From an uncultured candidate division Zixibacteria bacterium (GTDB taxonomy: Bacteria; Zixibacteria; MSB-5A5; GN15; FEB-12): 64,000 bases of DNA. A program made the position numbers and the translations under genes. The notes under the pieces are model-generated. The model saw nothing but the letters and a program-made list of their open reading frames with translations, made no database searches and was not told where the DNA came from. Every line of letters begins with the position of its first letter. The stretch's first letter is position 1. The stretch is from the NCBI GenBank assembly GCA_963664195.1, contig OY760907.1, forward strand, positions 3,168,001 to 3,232,000. The letters are read 5' to 3'. This document shows positions 8,787 to 19,756 of this stretch, piece by piece.

Positions 8787-11700
8787 ATGTTTCTTTCAGA
8801 TTTATCGATAAAACGGCCCATTATGATGAGCATGTTTCTGATCGTGTTCATGCTCTTCGGGGGACTTGCGTTCTACTCAATGCCCCTTGATCTCATGCCG
8901 AGTGTTGACGTGCCGTACATCATGGTACAGACAGTATACGCAGGCGCCGGCCCAAAAGAAATAGAGACACAGATCACGAAGAAAATCGAGGATGCGATTT
9001 CCTCAGTCAGCAAGATCAAGAAGATTCAATCCTATTCCATGGAGGGGGTCTCTTTTGTCCAGATCGAGTTTGAGATGGACAAAGACGTTGATGTCGCCAA
9101 CCAGGAAATCAAGGACAAGATCGACCGGATCATCAATGAGCTTCCTGACGATGCCGACCAGCCGATTGTCGAAAAGCTCAACGTACAGGAATTTCCGATA
9201 GTGGAACTGGTGCTCTCAGGCGACCTGCCCACCACCGAGCTGTTTGACATTGCTGACAAGACACTGAAAGATCGATTCTCGCAGCTTGAGGGTGTGGCAC
9301 GGGCCGATATCACCGGTGGTCAGGAACGGGAAATCCAGGTTGTGCTGGACGACCGGGCTGTGTTTCAGAATCAGATATCTCTGGCACAACTCGCCCAGAC
9401 CCTGAGCGCTCAGAACGTGGATATGCCGGGGGGACACTTTGAACAGCGGAGCCAGGAATACACCGTACGTTTGACCGGCGAGTTTGATAGCCCTGAGGAT
9501 CTGTCGGAACTCGAAATACCGACTGCTTTCGGCACAAAACGCCTGAGCGATATTGCCGATGTTCGTGATGTCGGTGCAGAGGTTCGCGAACGATCGGCCT
9601 ATTTCAATAACGTCGACAAGATCGGACGACCGGACGCTATACTGCTCAGTATCGTCAAGAACTCTGAGGGTAACACTGTGGAGATCGCAGGAAAAGTGGC
9701 TGACGTGCTCCCGGAGATTGAAGCCACGCTGCCGGCCGGTTGTCAACTGGAAGTCGTCACGGACAAATCGACCTTCATCAAAAGTACGGTCAGCGACACG
9801 TTGACGAATATTCTTCTCGGAATCATCCTCACCGGTCTTGTACTCATGTTTTTCCTGCACGATCTACGATCCACGATCATTGTTGCGCTGGCGATGCCGA
9901 TGTCGATCATCTCCGCGTACATGCTCATGGGGTTCGCAGGCTTTACCCAAAACATCATGTCACTCATGGGACTGTCGACTGCTGTCGGCATACTGGTAAG
10001 TAACTCGGTCGTGGTGATCGAGAACATATTCCGGCAGAAGGCGGCTGGCAAGAGCCGACGTGATGCGGCGTCGATAGGAACCTCGCAAGTCGTTGTGGCG
10101 GTCCTCGCTTCGACTGCAACCAACATTGCGGTGTTTCTGCCAGTGGCTAATATGTCGTCAATGGTCGGCCAGTTCTTCAAGGAATTCGCGCTCACTGTTA
10201 CGTTTGCCACGCTGTTCTCGCTGTTGATTTCGTTTACGCTCACCCCCATGCTGGCATCGCTCATTCTGAAAGAGGACGAGAAGAAGCCGGGAAGGATAAG
10301 CTCGTGGATTGAATCGCTTACAAGAAGCACGGAAGAGTGTTACGGAAGACTTCTGCAAAGCGCGCTCCGCAGTAAGGGGCGCTCGTCTATTATCGTCGCT
10401 GCCGCCGTGGCATTGCTGATCTTCACGTTTGCGTTTGCCGGCAATGTCGGTTTCGAGTTCGCGCCGCTCATGGACGAGGGTGACATACGTATCGAAGTGG
10501 AGCTGCCCCTGGGGTACAATCTCGAAGAGACCGCCGCGACACTGGATGAGATAGAACGGCGCCTGAAAGACACTCCTGAGGTCAAGCACATCGTGACGCA
10601 GCTTGGCAAGATCAGTGACATGGACCAGGGAACCAATCTGGCCGTGCTGAATGTGAAGTTGATTGATGTTGGCAAGAGGGAGTTTGTCAGTGAAATCTAT
10701 GCCAACAACTTCATCGCCGACTTGTCGGATATTCCGAACGCAATGATCCGTGTGCGGGCAATCTCGTCAATGGGGCGAGGTGACGGCTCGCCGATCGAAT
10801 TTAATCTAAAGGGACAGGATCTCGACAGAATCGAAGAATACAAGGAACAAATCCTGGCCAGTATCAAAGATGTACCCGGGATAGTCAATCTCAATACATC
10901 GTCCCGTTCGGGCAAGCCGGAGATAAACATTGTCCCGGATCGAAAGAAGATAGCGGATGCCGGCCTGACGGCGTACGACATAGCAATGCAGCTCCGTGGA
11001 GCCATGACGGGGCTGGTGGCAACGCAATTTCGTGATCAGGGTGAGGAGTACGATATTCGGGTGCTTGTCGATGACGCCCTCCTGGACTCACCGGAGGAGG
11101 TAGCGAATCTCGCTATATCCGGCAAGGGTCACACCTTCACGTTGAATCAGCTTGCTGATGTCAGGTTCGCCGGGGGATTGAGCAAGATTTTGCATCTTGA
11201 CAAGTTCAAGTCTATCCAGTTCACCGCTTCGCCGGCCCCGGGGGTTCCTCTCGGCGACGTCATGAACGAAATTACCGCTCGACTGGACGGCATCGAATTC
11301 GCATCCGGCTACCGTGTTGACTGGGGTGGCGACGCAGAGATGATGAACGAAACTCTCATTGATATGGTAGGAACTCTCGCCCTGGCGATCGTGCTGACCT
11401 ATATGCTGCTCGCGGCGATTCTCGAAAACCTGACGCAGCCGTTGATGGTGTTGGGCACATTCCCCCTGGCCTTGATCGGGGTGATCGGAAGTATGATTTT
11501 GACCGGCGCGACGCTGAACATCATTGCGATGATGGCGGTTGTGATGCTGCTTGGCATTGTGGTGAACAACGCCATCCTCATTCTTGACCATGCCAACGTG
11601 CTCACTCGGGAGCAGGGGATGGACATTCGATCCGCGCTCCTTGAGGCGTGTCCCGCCAAGCTGAGACCGATTGTCATGTCCACGGCCGCTATCATTCTGG

Positions 11701-11888
11701 GTATGATGCCGATGGCGCTGGGCATCGGCGATGCCGGCTGGGAGATGCGGCAACCTATGGGCATCGTCACAATCGGTGGGTTGGTAGTCTCAACGCTGCT
11801 GACGCTGGTTGTGATCCCGGCCTTGCTGAATCTGCTCTCAAGCAAACGGAAGCGTGCAACCAATGACAATGTTTCTCATGAGGTCTAG
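8787..11888 (+). CDS. RND efflux permease (AcrB/AcrD/AcrF family)
   Basis: 1033 aa; SIKRPI N-terminus, VVIENI, GIVVNNAILILD, LRPIVMST motifs. Confidence 0.95.
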   Translation: MFLSDLSIKRPIMMSMFLIVFMLFGGLAFYSMPLDLMPSVDVPYIMVQTVYAGAGPKEIETQITKKIEDAISSVSKIKKIQSYSMEGVSFVQIEFEMDKDVDVANQEIKDKIDRIINELPDDADQPIVEKLNVQEFPIVELVLSGDLPTTELFDIADKTLKDRFSQLEGVARADITGGQEREIQVVLDDRAVFQNQISLAQLAQTLSAQNVDMPGGHFEQRSQEYTVRLTGEFDSPEDLSELEIPTAFGTKRLSDIADVRDVGAEVRERSAYFNNVDKIGRPDAILLSIVKNSEGNTVEIAGKVADVLPEIEATLPAGCQLEVVTDKSTFIKSTVSDTLTNILLGIILTGLVLMFFLHDLRSTIIVALAMPMSIISAYMLMGFAGFTQNIMSLMGLSTAVGILVSNSVVVIENIFRQKAAGKSRRDAASIGTSQVVVAVLASTATNIAVFLPVANMSSMVGQFFKEFALTVTFATLFSLLISFTLTPMLASLILKEDEKKPGRISSWIESLTRSTEECYGRLLQSALRSKGRSSIIVAAAVALLIFTFAFAGNVGFEFAPLMDEGDIRIEVELPLGYNLEETAATLDEIERRLKDTPEVKHIVTQLGKISDMDQGTNLAVLNVKLIDVGKREFVSEIYANNFIADLSDIPNAMIRVRAISSMGRGDGSPIEFNLKGQDLDRIEEYKEQILASIKDVPGIVNLNTSSRSGKPEINIVPDRKKIADAGLTAYDIAMQLRGAMTGLVATQFRDQGEEYDIRVLVDDALLDSPEEVANLAISGKGHTFTLNQLADVRFAGGLSKILHLDKFKSIQFTASPAPGVPLGDVMNEITARLDGIEFASGYRVDWGGDAEMMNETLIDMVGTLALAIVLTYMLLAAILENLTQPLMVLGTFPLALIGVIGSMILTGATLNIIAMMAVVMLLGIVVNNAILILDHANVLTREQGMDIRSALLEACPAKLRPIVMSTAAIILGMMPMALGIGDAGWEMRQPMGIVTIGGLVVSTLLTLVVIPALLNLLSSKRKRATNDNVSHEV

Positions 11889-11892
11889 GAAA

Positions 11893-13218
11893 ATGACTAA
11901 GAGAATACCACTCTATATATTTCTGATAGTCTTGCTGGTGTGCAGTGGCATGGCGGTGCCCGCACAGGCCTCGGAGTGCACCGTCGACCAGTTTCTCGAT
12001 CTGGTCGAGCAGCATTCCAAGGACATCCAACTGGCCCGAGAAGAGGTGGAAGCGGCCAAGGCTGAAAAACGCGAGGCAACCTCACTGGCGTTACCGCATG
12101 TGAACGCATCGGCGGGGTACACACGAAACCTGAAAGACACCTACATGTATATGGACATGTCCGCAATGGGCGGCGAAGGCATTGAGAGGCTCCCCATGTC
12201 CAAGAACAACAATTACTCCTTCGGGATTGCGGCCCGACAAACTGTTTTCAGCGGTCAGGTATTCAACGCCATCAAGGCGGCGGGTCAGTATCAGAAGTTG
12301 ACAGACGAATCGTACGAGTCTGCCCACCAGCAGATCATCACGCTGGCAAAGCAGGGCTTCTATCAGGGCCTCTTGCTGAAAATAGTATGGGATGTCGCTC
12401 GCGATGCCGAGCAAAACGCGCTGGAGAACTTCGAGAACGCACAGCATGCATTCGACAACGGGTTAATCTCAGAGTTTGAATTGCTCCAGGCTGAAGTCCG
12501 GTATCGTGACGCCATCCCGCAGACCACACAGGCCCAGCGCAACTCTGAAGTTGCCCTGGTTAATCTCAAGAACCTCGCCGGCATTCCCATTGATAGTGAG
12601 TTCGATCTGGTCGGGGATCTCGAAACGGTTCTGCCGTTGCCGGGAGACATCGACCGGAATACGGTGCTCACGAAACGACCTGACTTTCAGGCACTGGCAT
12701 GGGAAGAGAAACTTCGGGGGACAGGTGTCCGTGCGGAACAGTCGGCGTACTGGCCGTCGGTGGACGGGGTACTTGCCTACAACTACTCGGCGGCATCTGA
12801 TGAGTGGAGTCTCGACGAAGAGAACAACAGTGTTACTGTAGGTTTGCAGTTGTCAATCCCCATTTTCCAGGGCGGAGAAACGCGGGCGAAGGTTCGCAAG
12901 GCACGCGTGGAGCTGGAGAAGACCCGACTGCGCCGGGAAAAAGCAGAGTTGGATATTGCCAGAGAGTTACGCAACGGACGGTTGCATCTCGACGAGGCAT
13001 ATCGACGTATCTCCGCGGCCAGGTCCGCACAGACTGCCGCAGAGAAGGCATTCTCTATTGCTGAAGCTACCGTGCAGTCCGGTCTGATAACACAGCTACA
13101 ATTGAAGGACAGCCGCGTGGCGCTGGATCATGCAACCGTCGGGTACTATTCGGCGGTGTATGAGTATCTTGTTGCCCATTTCGAATGGCAGCGCATAACG
13201 GGAACGGTCGAGCCATAG
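11893..13218 (+). CDS. TolC family outer membrane efflux protein
   Basis: Signal peptide, duplicated OEP repeats (LPHVNASAGY, LSIPIFQGG). Confidence 0.9.
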   Translation: MTKRIPLYIFLIVLLVCSGMAVPAQASECTVDQFLDLVEQHSKDIQLAREEVEAAKAEKREATSLALPHVNASAGYTRNLKDTYMYMDMSAMGGEGIERLPMSKNNNYSFGIAARQTVFSGQVFNAIKAAGQYQKLTDESYESAHQQIITLAKQGFYQGLLLKIVWDVARDAEQNALENFENAQHAFDNGLISEFELLQAEVRYRDAIPQTTQAQRNSEVALVNLKNLAGIPIDSEFDLVGDLETVLPLPGDIDRNTVLTKRPDFQALAWEEKLRGTGVRAEQSAYWPSVDGVLAYNYSAASDEWSLDEENNSVTVGLQLSIPIFQGGETRAKVRKARVELEKTRLRREKAELDIARELRNGRLHLDEAYRRISAARSAQTAAEKAFSIAEATVQSGLITQLQLKDSRVALDHATVGYYSAVYEYLVAHFEWQRITGTVEP

Positions 13219-13363
13219 GGGACAGCTCGCGAGGAAGTTGCTCGCCAGTGCCGTGAAGAGATAAGTTTTTGGAGTCCCCTCCCGCACCCCTTCTGAAGGC
13301 GCCCACCCCGGCCCCAGGGGGGGAATCGAGACGGGGAGAGCACACGCGAAAGTGAGAGAACAT

Positions 13364-13969
13364 ATGAAATCATTTGGAGGAGACAGAGACACGAGGGAAA
13401 TCATCCTCCGGGAGGCCTCCCACGAGATTATGCTGAAGGGCCACCAGGCCGCCAATATCAATCTGATAGCCGAACGTACCGGCCTCACCAAAGGAGCACT
13501 GTACCACTACTTTAACGGCAAACGTGAGCTGAGCCTGTCGGTGTATGACGAAGTCTTCTGTGCCGAGGCCAATACGCAGTGGATCGAGCCTCTTCGATGC
13601 TGTGAAAACGTAATAGAATGCCTTGAGGGCATTCTGGGCGGGTTTGGCAAGATCATGAACAGTAGCAAGCGGTGGCTCGGATCGCCGCTCCTTAATGTGT
13701 CTATGGAGATGGCTCCCCTCGACGATGAATTCAAGAAGCGTTCCCGACGAATTCAGAGGCGAAGCCGCGAGGCACTGCTCAAGGCTATTCGCCGCAGTAT
13801 GAAAGCGGGTCACATCAGCGCCGATATCGACCCGGTCAGGGAGGCGGAAGACATATTGATGCTCTTGATGAGTGGCATCTCACTCTCTCGTGCGCAACAG
13901 AGTCGTCAGCCCTACAGAATGGCTGTGGAGTCGGTTATATCGCGGTTGGAGGAACTCAGAGCCAACTAG
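13364..13969 (+). CDS. TetR/AcrR family regulator
   Basis: IAERTGLTKGALYHYFNGK helix-turn-helix. Confidence 0.92.
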   Translation: MKSFGGDRDTREIILREASHEIMLKGHQAANINLIAERTGLTKGALYHYFNGKRELSLSVYDEVFCAEANTQWIEPLRCCENVIECLEGILGGFGKIMNSSKRWLGSPLLNVSMEMAPLDDEFKKRSRRIQRRSREALLKAIRRSMKAGHISADIDPVREAEDILMLLMSGISLSRAQQSRQPYRMAVESVISRLEELRAN

Positions 13970-14047
13970 ATGGGCCGACTTTGCACCAGGCAGGAGGGGA
14001 AGTCACTCTTAACGGACTTCTCTTGCTTTCTTTGTCTGTCACGGTCT

Positions 14048-15073
14048 CTAGCCTGGAGTGTGTCGGAGACGAGGTCCCTGTCCTGTACCGGGATGTCTGC
14101 CGGTCGCACGTATTGCTTCCACTGCGCGATTGGTGTGGTCCTCGTCGCCCGCAGAATTCGGAGAGGGATATATGTCGTACATCTCTCGGTAAGGTGCAGG
14201 AGTCAGCCTTGGCATTATCACATTAGCGCCTGAGCGGAGACCGGCGGTATATCCCTGATCAGATACAGTAGCAAGGGCGGTGGAGGCGGGGATGTTGGCT
14301 TCGGGACACAGTATTCGGGCGAGAGCAAGGACCTTACAGGTCATTTCCGGGGAATTCGGGACGTGCCCGGAATCCAGACCCAGCTTTCGGTACTCTCGGT
14401 CAAGGGGCGTGTCCGGATTGGGTATGTATGGTCCCAGTCCAATCATGTCCAAATCAAGTTCCGCAAACAACCGAATGTCATTGGCCAGACTCTCGAATGA
14501 CTGCCCCGGAATACCTACCATAACGCCGCTGCCGATTTCATAGCCTATCTCGCGAAGTGTGGGGAGTATATCGAGACGATGCAGATCGAGTCCGGGATGA
14601 ATACGGCTGTACAACTCACGGTCTGATGTCTCAAAACGCAGCAAGACGCGATCTGCTCCTGCTTCGTGCCAAATGCGGTAATTTTCGTAACTCCGTTCTC
14701 CGACACTCAGTGTGACAGCCAGAGGGGTTTCGCCTTTGATAGTGCGTATTGTTTCGGCCAGCCAATCAACGGTGCTGTCCTCGCATTCACCTGATTGCAG
14801 GACAACCGTACCGTAGCTCCGACGAGTCGCCTCGCGGGCACACTCGGATACCTCGTCCGTGGTCATTTGATAACGTGGTGGACGTTGATTGGCCGCTCTC
14901 AGACCGCAGTAGAGGCAGTTTCGGGAGCAGCGGTTGCTGAATTCTATAAGACCGCGAAGATGCACGGCGTCGCCGACGACCTTGCGACGAACAGCATTCG
15001 CGCGTGCGCACAGTTCCTCAAGACATGCCGGATCGTTGTCACGAAGCAGTGTGAGAATCTGTTCCGCATTCAT
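14048..15073 (-). CDS. hydE: [FeFe]-hydrogenase maturase HydE (radical SAM)
   Basis: LRGLIEFSNRCSRNCLYCG, GANVIMP, YDIYP; in operon with hydF and hydG. Confidence 0.92.
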   Translation of the reverse strand: MNAEQILTLLRDNDPACLEELCARANAVRRKVVGDAVHLRGLIEFSNRCSRNCLYCGLRAANQRPPRYQMTTDEVSECAREATRRSYGTVVLQSGECEDSTVDWLAETIRTIKGETPLAVTLSVGERSYENYRIWHEAGADRVLLRFETSDRELYSRIHPGLDLHRLDILPTLREIGYEIGSGVMVGIPGQSFESLANDIRLFAELDLDMIGLGPYIPNPDTPLDREYRKLGLDSGHVPNSPEMTCKVLALARILCPEANIPASTALATVSDQGYTAGLRSGANVIMPRLTPAPYREMYDIYPSPNSAGDEDHTNRAVEAIRATGRHPGTGQGPRLRHTPG

Positions 15074-16304
15074 TTGTTGTCTCTGTTGTGTAGGCTCTGG
15101 CGGCCTCGGGGAAAAGTCCGAGGGCGCGTTCAAGAATGCCAAAACAATGGGCAATAGTCATGCCGTAGTTCGTGACAGGTACGCTGGCGTTTAGACATCG
15201 TTGAATCCGGGTGAGAACCTCACGGCGATTAGCCGTACACGCACCGCAGTGGATCACCAATCGATAGGGGGAGAGGTCGTCGGGAAAATCATGCCCGCGC
15301 ACGTGGTCGAATACGAGTTCCCCGCCCACACGCTTCCTGAGCCAACGGGGGATTTTGATGCGCCCGATGTCATCTTCAATAGGGTGATGAGTGCAATGCT
15401 CGGCGATCAACACGCGATCACTCGGCACGAGATGGTCTATGGCCGCAGCGCCGGCGGCCTGTGTAACGAGGTCTCCTTTCAGACGAGAGAAGAGGATCGA
15501 GAAACTTGTGAGCGGAATGGCCTCTGGTGTCACTTCTGCCACGTGTGCGAATGCCTGTGAATCGGTCACAACCGCCTGAGGTGGCTTCTTGAGCGAGTTC
15601 AGAGCAGCAGTAAGCTCCGTGTCCCTGACCACAAGGCATTGTGCACCGCGGTCGAGCAAATCCCTGATAGTCTGCACCTGCGGCAGAATCAGGCGACCTC
15701 TTGGTGCCTCTTTGTCGATTGGGGCGACCAGAACAACCATCTCACCGGGGCCGATGAGATCGGATATGATCGGGCGACCGGTTAAAAAGCTATCAGGGAC
15801 GCAGTCGATCAAAGCCTGTCGGAGATCATCAAGTCCGGTTCCATGAACAGCCGAGGTCCGCACAACCAATTGACCAGCATCGATTAAACCGTCCACGTAG
15901 GAACATGACGTTGCTTCCTGGTCCCATTTGTTGATAACAACGATCGCCGGTATCTCGCGCAGCGCGAGCCTGTCCAGAAGATTGTTTTCATACTCCGTCC
16001 ATTCGTCCGGAGTGCTTACGACCAGACAGACGTCGATCCGGCCAAGGACTTTTTGAGTGCGTTCGACTCGAAGATCACCAACGTCGCCGACATCATCCAA
16101 CCCTGCCGTGTCGATAAACAGTACCGGCCCGATGGGCAGCAGTTCCATGGCTTTTTCGACCGGATCGGTTGTTGTTCCCGCAACGTCAGAAACGATTGAG
16201 ACCTCGCGTCCGGTGATTGCATTGAGCAGGCTTGATTTGCCGACATTGCGACGTCCGAAGATTCCAATGTGCAGGCGCATTCCCCTGGGAGTTGCCAGTG
16301 TCAT
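15039..16304 (-). CDS. hydF: [FeFe]-hydrogenase maturation GTPase HydF
   Basis: GRRNVGKSS P-loop, DTAG, NKWD, GRLILPQVQ, CTHH and HCGAC cluster motifs. Confidence 0.95.
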   Translation of the reverse strand: MTLATPRGMRLHIGIFGRRNVGKSSLLNAITGREVSIVSDVAGTTTDPVEKAMELLPIGPVLFIDTAGLDDVGDVGDLRVERTQKVLGRIDVCLVVSTPDEWTEYENNLLDRLALREIPAIVVINKWDQEATSCSYVDGLIDAGQLVVRTSAVHGTGLDDLRQALIDCVPDSFLTGRPIISDLIGPGEMVVLVAPIDKEAPRGRLILPQVQTIRDLLDRGAQCLVVRDTELTAALNSLKKPPQAVVTDSQAFAHVAEVTPEAIPLTSFSILFSRLKGDLVTQAAGAAAIDHLVPSDRVLIAEHCTHHPIEDDIGRIKIPRWLRKRVGGELVFDHVRGHDFPDDLSPYRLVIHCGACTANRREVLTRIQRCLNASVPVTNYGMTIAHCFGILERALGLFPEAARAYTTETTNECGTDSHTAS

Positions 16305-16326
16305 ATTAGAGTCCAAGCCAGCGAGA

Positions 16327-17784
16327 TCAGAACCTGATGTCTCGCTGTCCTTTCTCGATATCCTTGAGTTTCGCTCGGACCTTCTCACGCATTTTGTCAG
16401 GTAGCCCGTCGACCTTCTGCATGATCAAGTTGTCGCCGGAAGCCTGCGTTTCAGCAGAGGCGTAGTCAATCAAGTACTCCTTCATCGTGAATATGGCGTT
16501 GGGGATGCAGAATTCGTGGACTTTCCCACTCTTTGCCATATTCATGAAACACTCACCGGTACGTCCGCAGCGGTATCCCGCCGTGCAGAACGAGGTGAGA
16601 AACCCCATTTCAGCAAACTCGCGAGTGACCTCGTCGAGACCTCTGGTGTCGCCGAGATGGAATTGCTGGCGGTTCTCCTGTTGCTCGTACGCCTGATCGC
16701 TGTAAGAGGCAAGCCCAATTCGAGAAGACGCATCGGTCTGCGTGCAGCCGAGGTTCATTGCCGCCCGACGGATATGGGCAGGTTCTCGGGCAGTAACAAT
16801 CATGCCGGTATAAGGCACCGAGAGACGAATCACCGTGATCAGTTTCTTGAAATCGTCATCGTTGACTCGATACGGATTGTCCTCGTTTGTCAGCGGAGCG
16901 CTGGCCGCAGGTTGCAGCCGGGGGAATGAGATCGTGTGCGGTCCGACACCATTAAACCTCTTTTCCAGATCGATGGCATGGTAGAGCAAACCGAGGACTT
17001 CAAAGCGCCAGTCGTACAGTCCGAAAAGCGCGCCAATGGCGACGTCATCGACGCCCGCCTCCTGTGCGCGGTGAAGGGCATACAGACGCCAGTTGTAATC
17101 AGACTTGGGACCGCGGGGGTGCACGCGAGCGTAAGTATCGTGATGGTAGGTTTCCTGAAAAACCTGATAAGTGCCAATGCCGACTTCGCCAAGCGTTTTC
17201 ATTCCGGCAATTGTCTGTGGAGCTGCATTGAGGTTTGCCCGGCGGATTTCACCTTTGTCGACCTTCACGTCATAAACCGTGCGCACCGCTCGGGCCATGT
17301 AGTCCACTCCCGTGGAAGGATGTTCCCCGAACGCCAATACCAGACGTTTGTGTCCGTTGGCAACCAGGGCCTCTGTCTCACGCCTGATTTCCTCTTCGGA
17401 CAGCACCCGTCGCACCATCTCTTTGTCCTCGCGACGGAATCCGCAGTACAGGCAGGAGTTTACGCAGAGATTGCTGCAGTACAAGGGGGCAAAGGTGACA
17501 ATGCGGGGGCCGTAAACCCGGTTCTTTACCTCGGCCGCTGCGGCGAACATTTCGCCCCAAAGCGCGTCGTCCGTGACGTGCAGGAGAGCGGCCGTTTCAG
17601 CAGGGTCGAGCCTTGCCAACGAGAGCGATTTCGCGATAATGTCCCGCACATGTGCCGTTTCAGGTCCTGAGTGAGCCTTAAGAAGGCGCTCGATCGCCTC
17701 GTCGTCGATGAAGCTCTTGCCGCTGTCAAGATATCTGTCTCTCTCGTCATGGAGTGTTTTTGATGTCGACTGTGAATTGTCCAT
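16327..17784 (-). CDS. hydG: [FeFe]-hydrogenase maturase HydG (radical SAM)
   Basis: FAPLYCSNLCVNSCLYC, FQETYH, GPHTISFPR, C-terminal CX5CX19C auxiliary-cluster motif. Confidence 0.95.
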   Translation of the reverse strand: MDNSQSTSKTLHDERDRYLDSGKSFIDDEAIERLLKAHSGPETAHVRDIIAKSLSLARLDPAETAALLHVTDDALWGEMFAAAAEVKNRVYGPRIVTFAPLYCSNLCVNSCLYCGFRREDKEMVRRVLSEEEIRRETEALVANGHKRLVLAFGEHPSTGVDYMARAVRTVYDVKVDKGEIRRANLNAAPQTIAGMKTLGEVGIGTYQVFQETYHHDTYARVHPRGPKSDYNWRLYALHRAQEAGVDDVAIGALFGLYDWRFEVLGLLYHAIDLEKRFNGVGPHTISFPRLQPAASAPLTNEDNPYRVNDDDFKKLITVIRLSVPYTGMIVTAREPAHIRRAAMNLGCTQTDASSRIGLASYSDQAYEQQENRQQFHLGDTRGLDEVTREFAEMGFLTSFCTAGYRCGRTGECFMNMAKSGKVHEFCIPNAIFTMKEYLIDYASAETQASGDNLIMQKVDGLPDKMREKVRAKLKDIEKGQRDIRF

Positions 17785-17808
17785 AGCGCCCGCCTTTGTC
17801 TGTTATTC

Positions 17809-19734
17809 TCAGGACTGTTGAAGACTCTCAGGAGCCTCGCTCTTGGAAGAGGGCAGATTCACGGTAAACTTGCTACCCTGTCCGGATTCACTGGTGACGT
17901 GTATCTCTCCTCCATGCCGCTCAACGACTTTCTTTACTATGGGCAGTCCTAGTCCCGTGCCGACTTCATCGAGCTTGCGTGCGTTGTCGGCACGATAGAA
18001 TTCATCAAACACATTCTCCAGGGCCTCAGGCGCTATTCCGATACCGTTATCTCCAACCTCAATACGAACCTGGTCAGCGCCCGGTTCGGAAAAAGTGATC
18101 TCTATTCGTCCACCGGAAGGCGTATATTTGATGGCGTTTGACACGAGGTTTTCCAGCACCTGCAGGAGCGCCTCGGGATCACCGAGAGCTCTCGGTTTCC
18201 CCTCGCATTCATTGACGATCAGCGCGATAGATTTCTGGTTGGCTTCTTCCGCAAATGTTCGCTCGACGCGTTTTCCCAGTTCACGGAGATCTACCGACTC
18301 TCGTACTTCCTTGATATCCTCGTTTTCGCGTGTGAGGACCAGCAATTCGTTGATCATCGAAATCATGTCGTGTGCCCGGTGGTGGATGCGGCCGATGCTC
18401 TTCTTCTGGTCATCGTTAAGAGGTCCCTGGTATTCATTCACGACGACATCGAGCAGACTGGCCATGGCAGACAGGGGAGCGCGAAGATTGTGAGCGACAC
18501 GCATCATGAACCACGAACGTTCCTTGCCGAGTCGCTCGATCGCCTGGTAGGATCGAGCGTTGTCGATGGCAATGCCAACCAGACTTGCGGCCAGACGGAA
18601 AAACTCGATTTCATCTGAGCCGAAGCGGTCGTCCTCGGTACAGTATGCCCCAAGGACGCCTATCGAACGATCGTCGACGGTGAGCGGAACGAACAGGGCA
18701 GACCGAATCCCGGCCTCGTGCATATCGTCGGCATATTGGAGGCTTTCGTTGTCACCGGCTTTCCATACGGCGAACGCCTCGCCCTCGATCACTCGTCGAC
18801 TGAGCGCACTGCGGTTAAGATCAATGGTGCGGTTCATGCGGGCATCCGGCACGACGCCGTGCACCGCAACCAGACTGAGTTGCCGGGAGTTGTTGTCCAG
18901 CAGTTTCACGGAAATGCCGACCACCCCGATAATCTGTGCGAGTTCCGTGGTGACTATCTTCAAAACATCGTCCAGGTCTCTTACCGATCCAATGGCCTGA
19001 GTCATAGAGAAGAGGGCGTTGAGCTTGCGGTTCAGGAGGTCGACCGTATGAGACATCTCCATCAGGTTGTCAATGCGTTTGCGGAGCATGGTCATGATCG
19101 TTGTCGTCGCGGCGGCAGTAATCAGCACCGAGGCGGCGAAGAAACAGAGTTGCACAGCAATCTGGTAAGGCTGGGTGTAGAGATCGCTAGCCCTGCCGGA
19201 TATTACTATCTCGTGGTTCGGGAGCCATCCAAGGTACTCAACCACGGCAACAGTGGTCATGCCCGCCACGACCATAGCTGCAAAACCCCAGCTTGCTACC
19301 GGTCGCAGGAGTATCGACGAGAAGATGATATGGAAAATGAAAAAGAATATCAGCGGACTGGCGATTCCGCCGGTGTAATGAACAAGGAGGAACATCGAAA
19401 TGTAATCGAACCCCACCTGCCATCGGGTGAAGTGTCGGATAGTCTGTTGTTCCTCTCTATCAATGATCTCCGGCAACCGTTGCCGAAAAGCGAAAAAGAC
19501 GACATTGTAGAGGAGTATGAAACCGGCAATCACAAGTATTGCCGCGGGGGACGACAGCTCGACATGCAGCCACGAGGCCATGAGAACGCCGGCTGCTATT
19601 CCGAAGGGCACAAACCAGCGCAGCTTGATGAACCATATAGAGCGATCTCTGAGTTCGCCCTGCATGATCCGTTGCCCGCGATGCCACTCGTGCGGCAGAT
19701 CATACAGTCCGATAGTCGGTCTCTCTGTCGTCAT
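17809..19734 (-). CDS. membrane sensor histidine kinase with GAF domain
   Basis: About 6 TM helices, GAF domain, AHNLRAPL H-box, NAIKYT, GTGLGL. Confidence 0.9.
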   Translation of the reverse strand: MTTERPTIGLYDLPHEWHRGQRIMQGELRDRSIWFIKLRWFVPFGIAAGVLMASWLHVELSSPAAILVIAGFILLYNVVFFAFRQRLPEIIDREEQQTIRHFTRWQVGFDYISMFLLVHYTGGIASPLIFFFIFHIIFSSILLRPVASWGFAAMVVAGMTTVAVVEYLGWLPNHEIVISGRASDLYTQPYQIAVQLCFFAASVLITAAATTTIMTMLRKRIDNLMEMSHTVDLLNRKLNALFSMTQAIGSVRDLDDVLKIVTTELAQIIGVVGISVKLLDNNSRQLSLVAVHGVVPDARMNRTIDLNRSALSRRVIEGEAFAVWKAGDNESLQYADDMHEAGIRSALFVPLTVDDRSIGVLGAYCTEDDRFGSDEIEFFRLAASLVGIAIDNARSYQAIERLGKERSWFMMRVAHNLRAPLSAMASLLDVVVNEYQGPLNDDQKKSIGRIHHRAHDMISMINELLVLTRENEDIKEVRESVDLRELGKRVERTFAEEANQKSIALIVNECEGKPRALGDPEALLQVLENLVSNAIKYTPSGGRIEITFSEPGADQVRIEVGDNGIGIAPEALENVFDEFYRADNARKLDEVGTGLGLPIVKKVVERHGGEIHVTSESGQGSKFTVNLPSSKSEAPESLQQS

Positions 19735-19756
19735 CGTTCTCCCCGGCAGTGTATCG

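Noticed and set aside
13270..13345. C-run and G-run rich intergenic stretch as a G-quadruplex or repeat element
   Set aside because: Single occurrence with no supporting conservation; may just be a GC-rich hairpin region.
16500..16590. HydG lacking the usual CX2CX22C auxiliary-cluster motif
   Set aside because: It has CX5CX19C, a known functional alternative.
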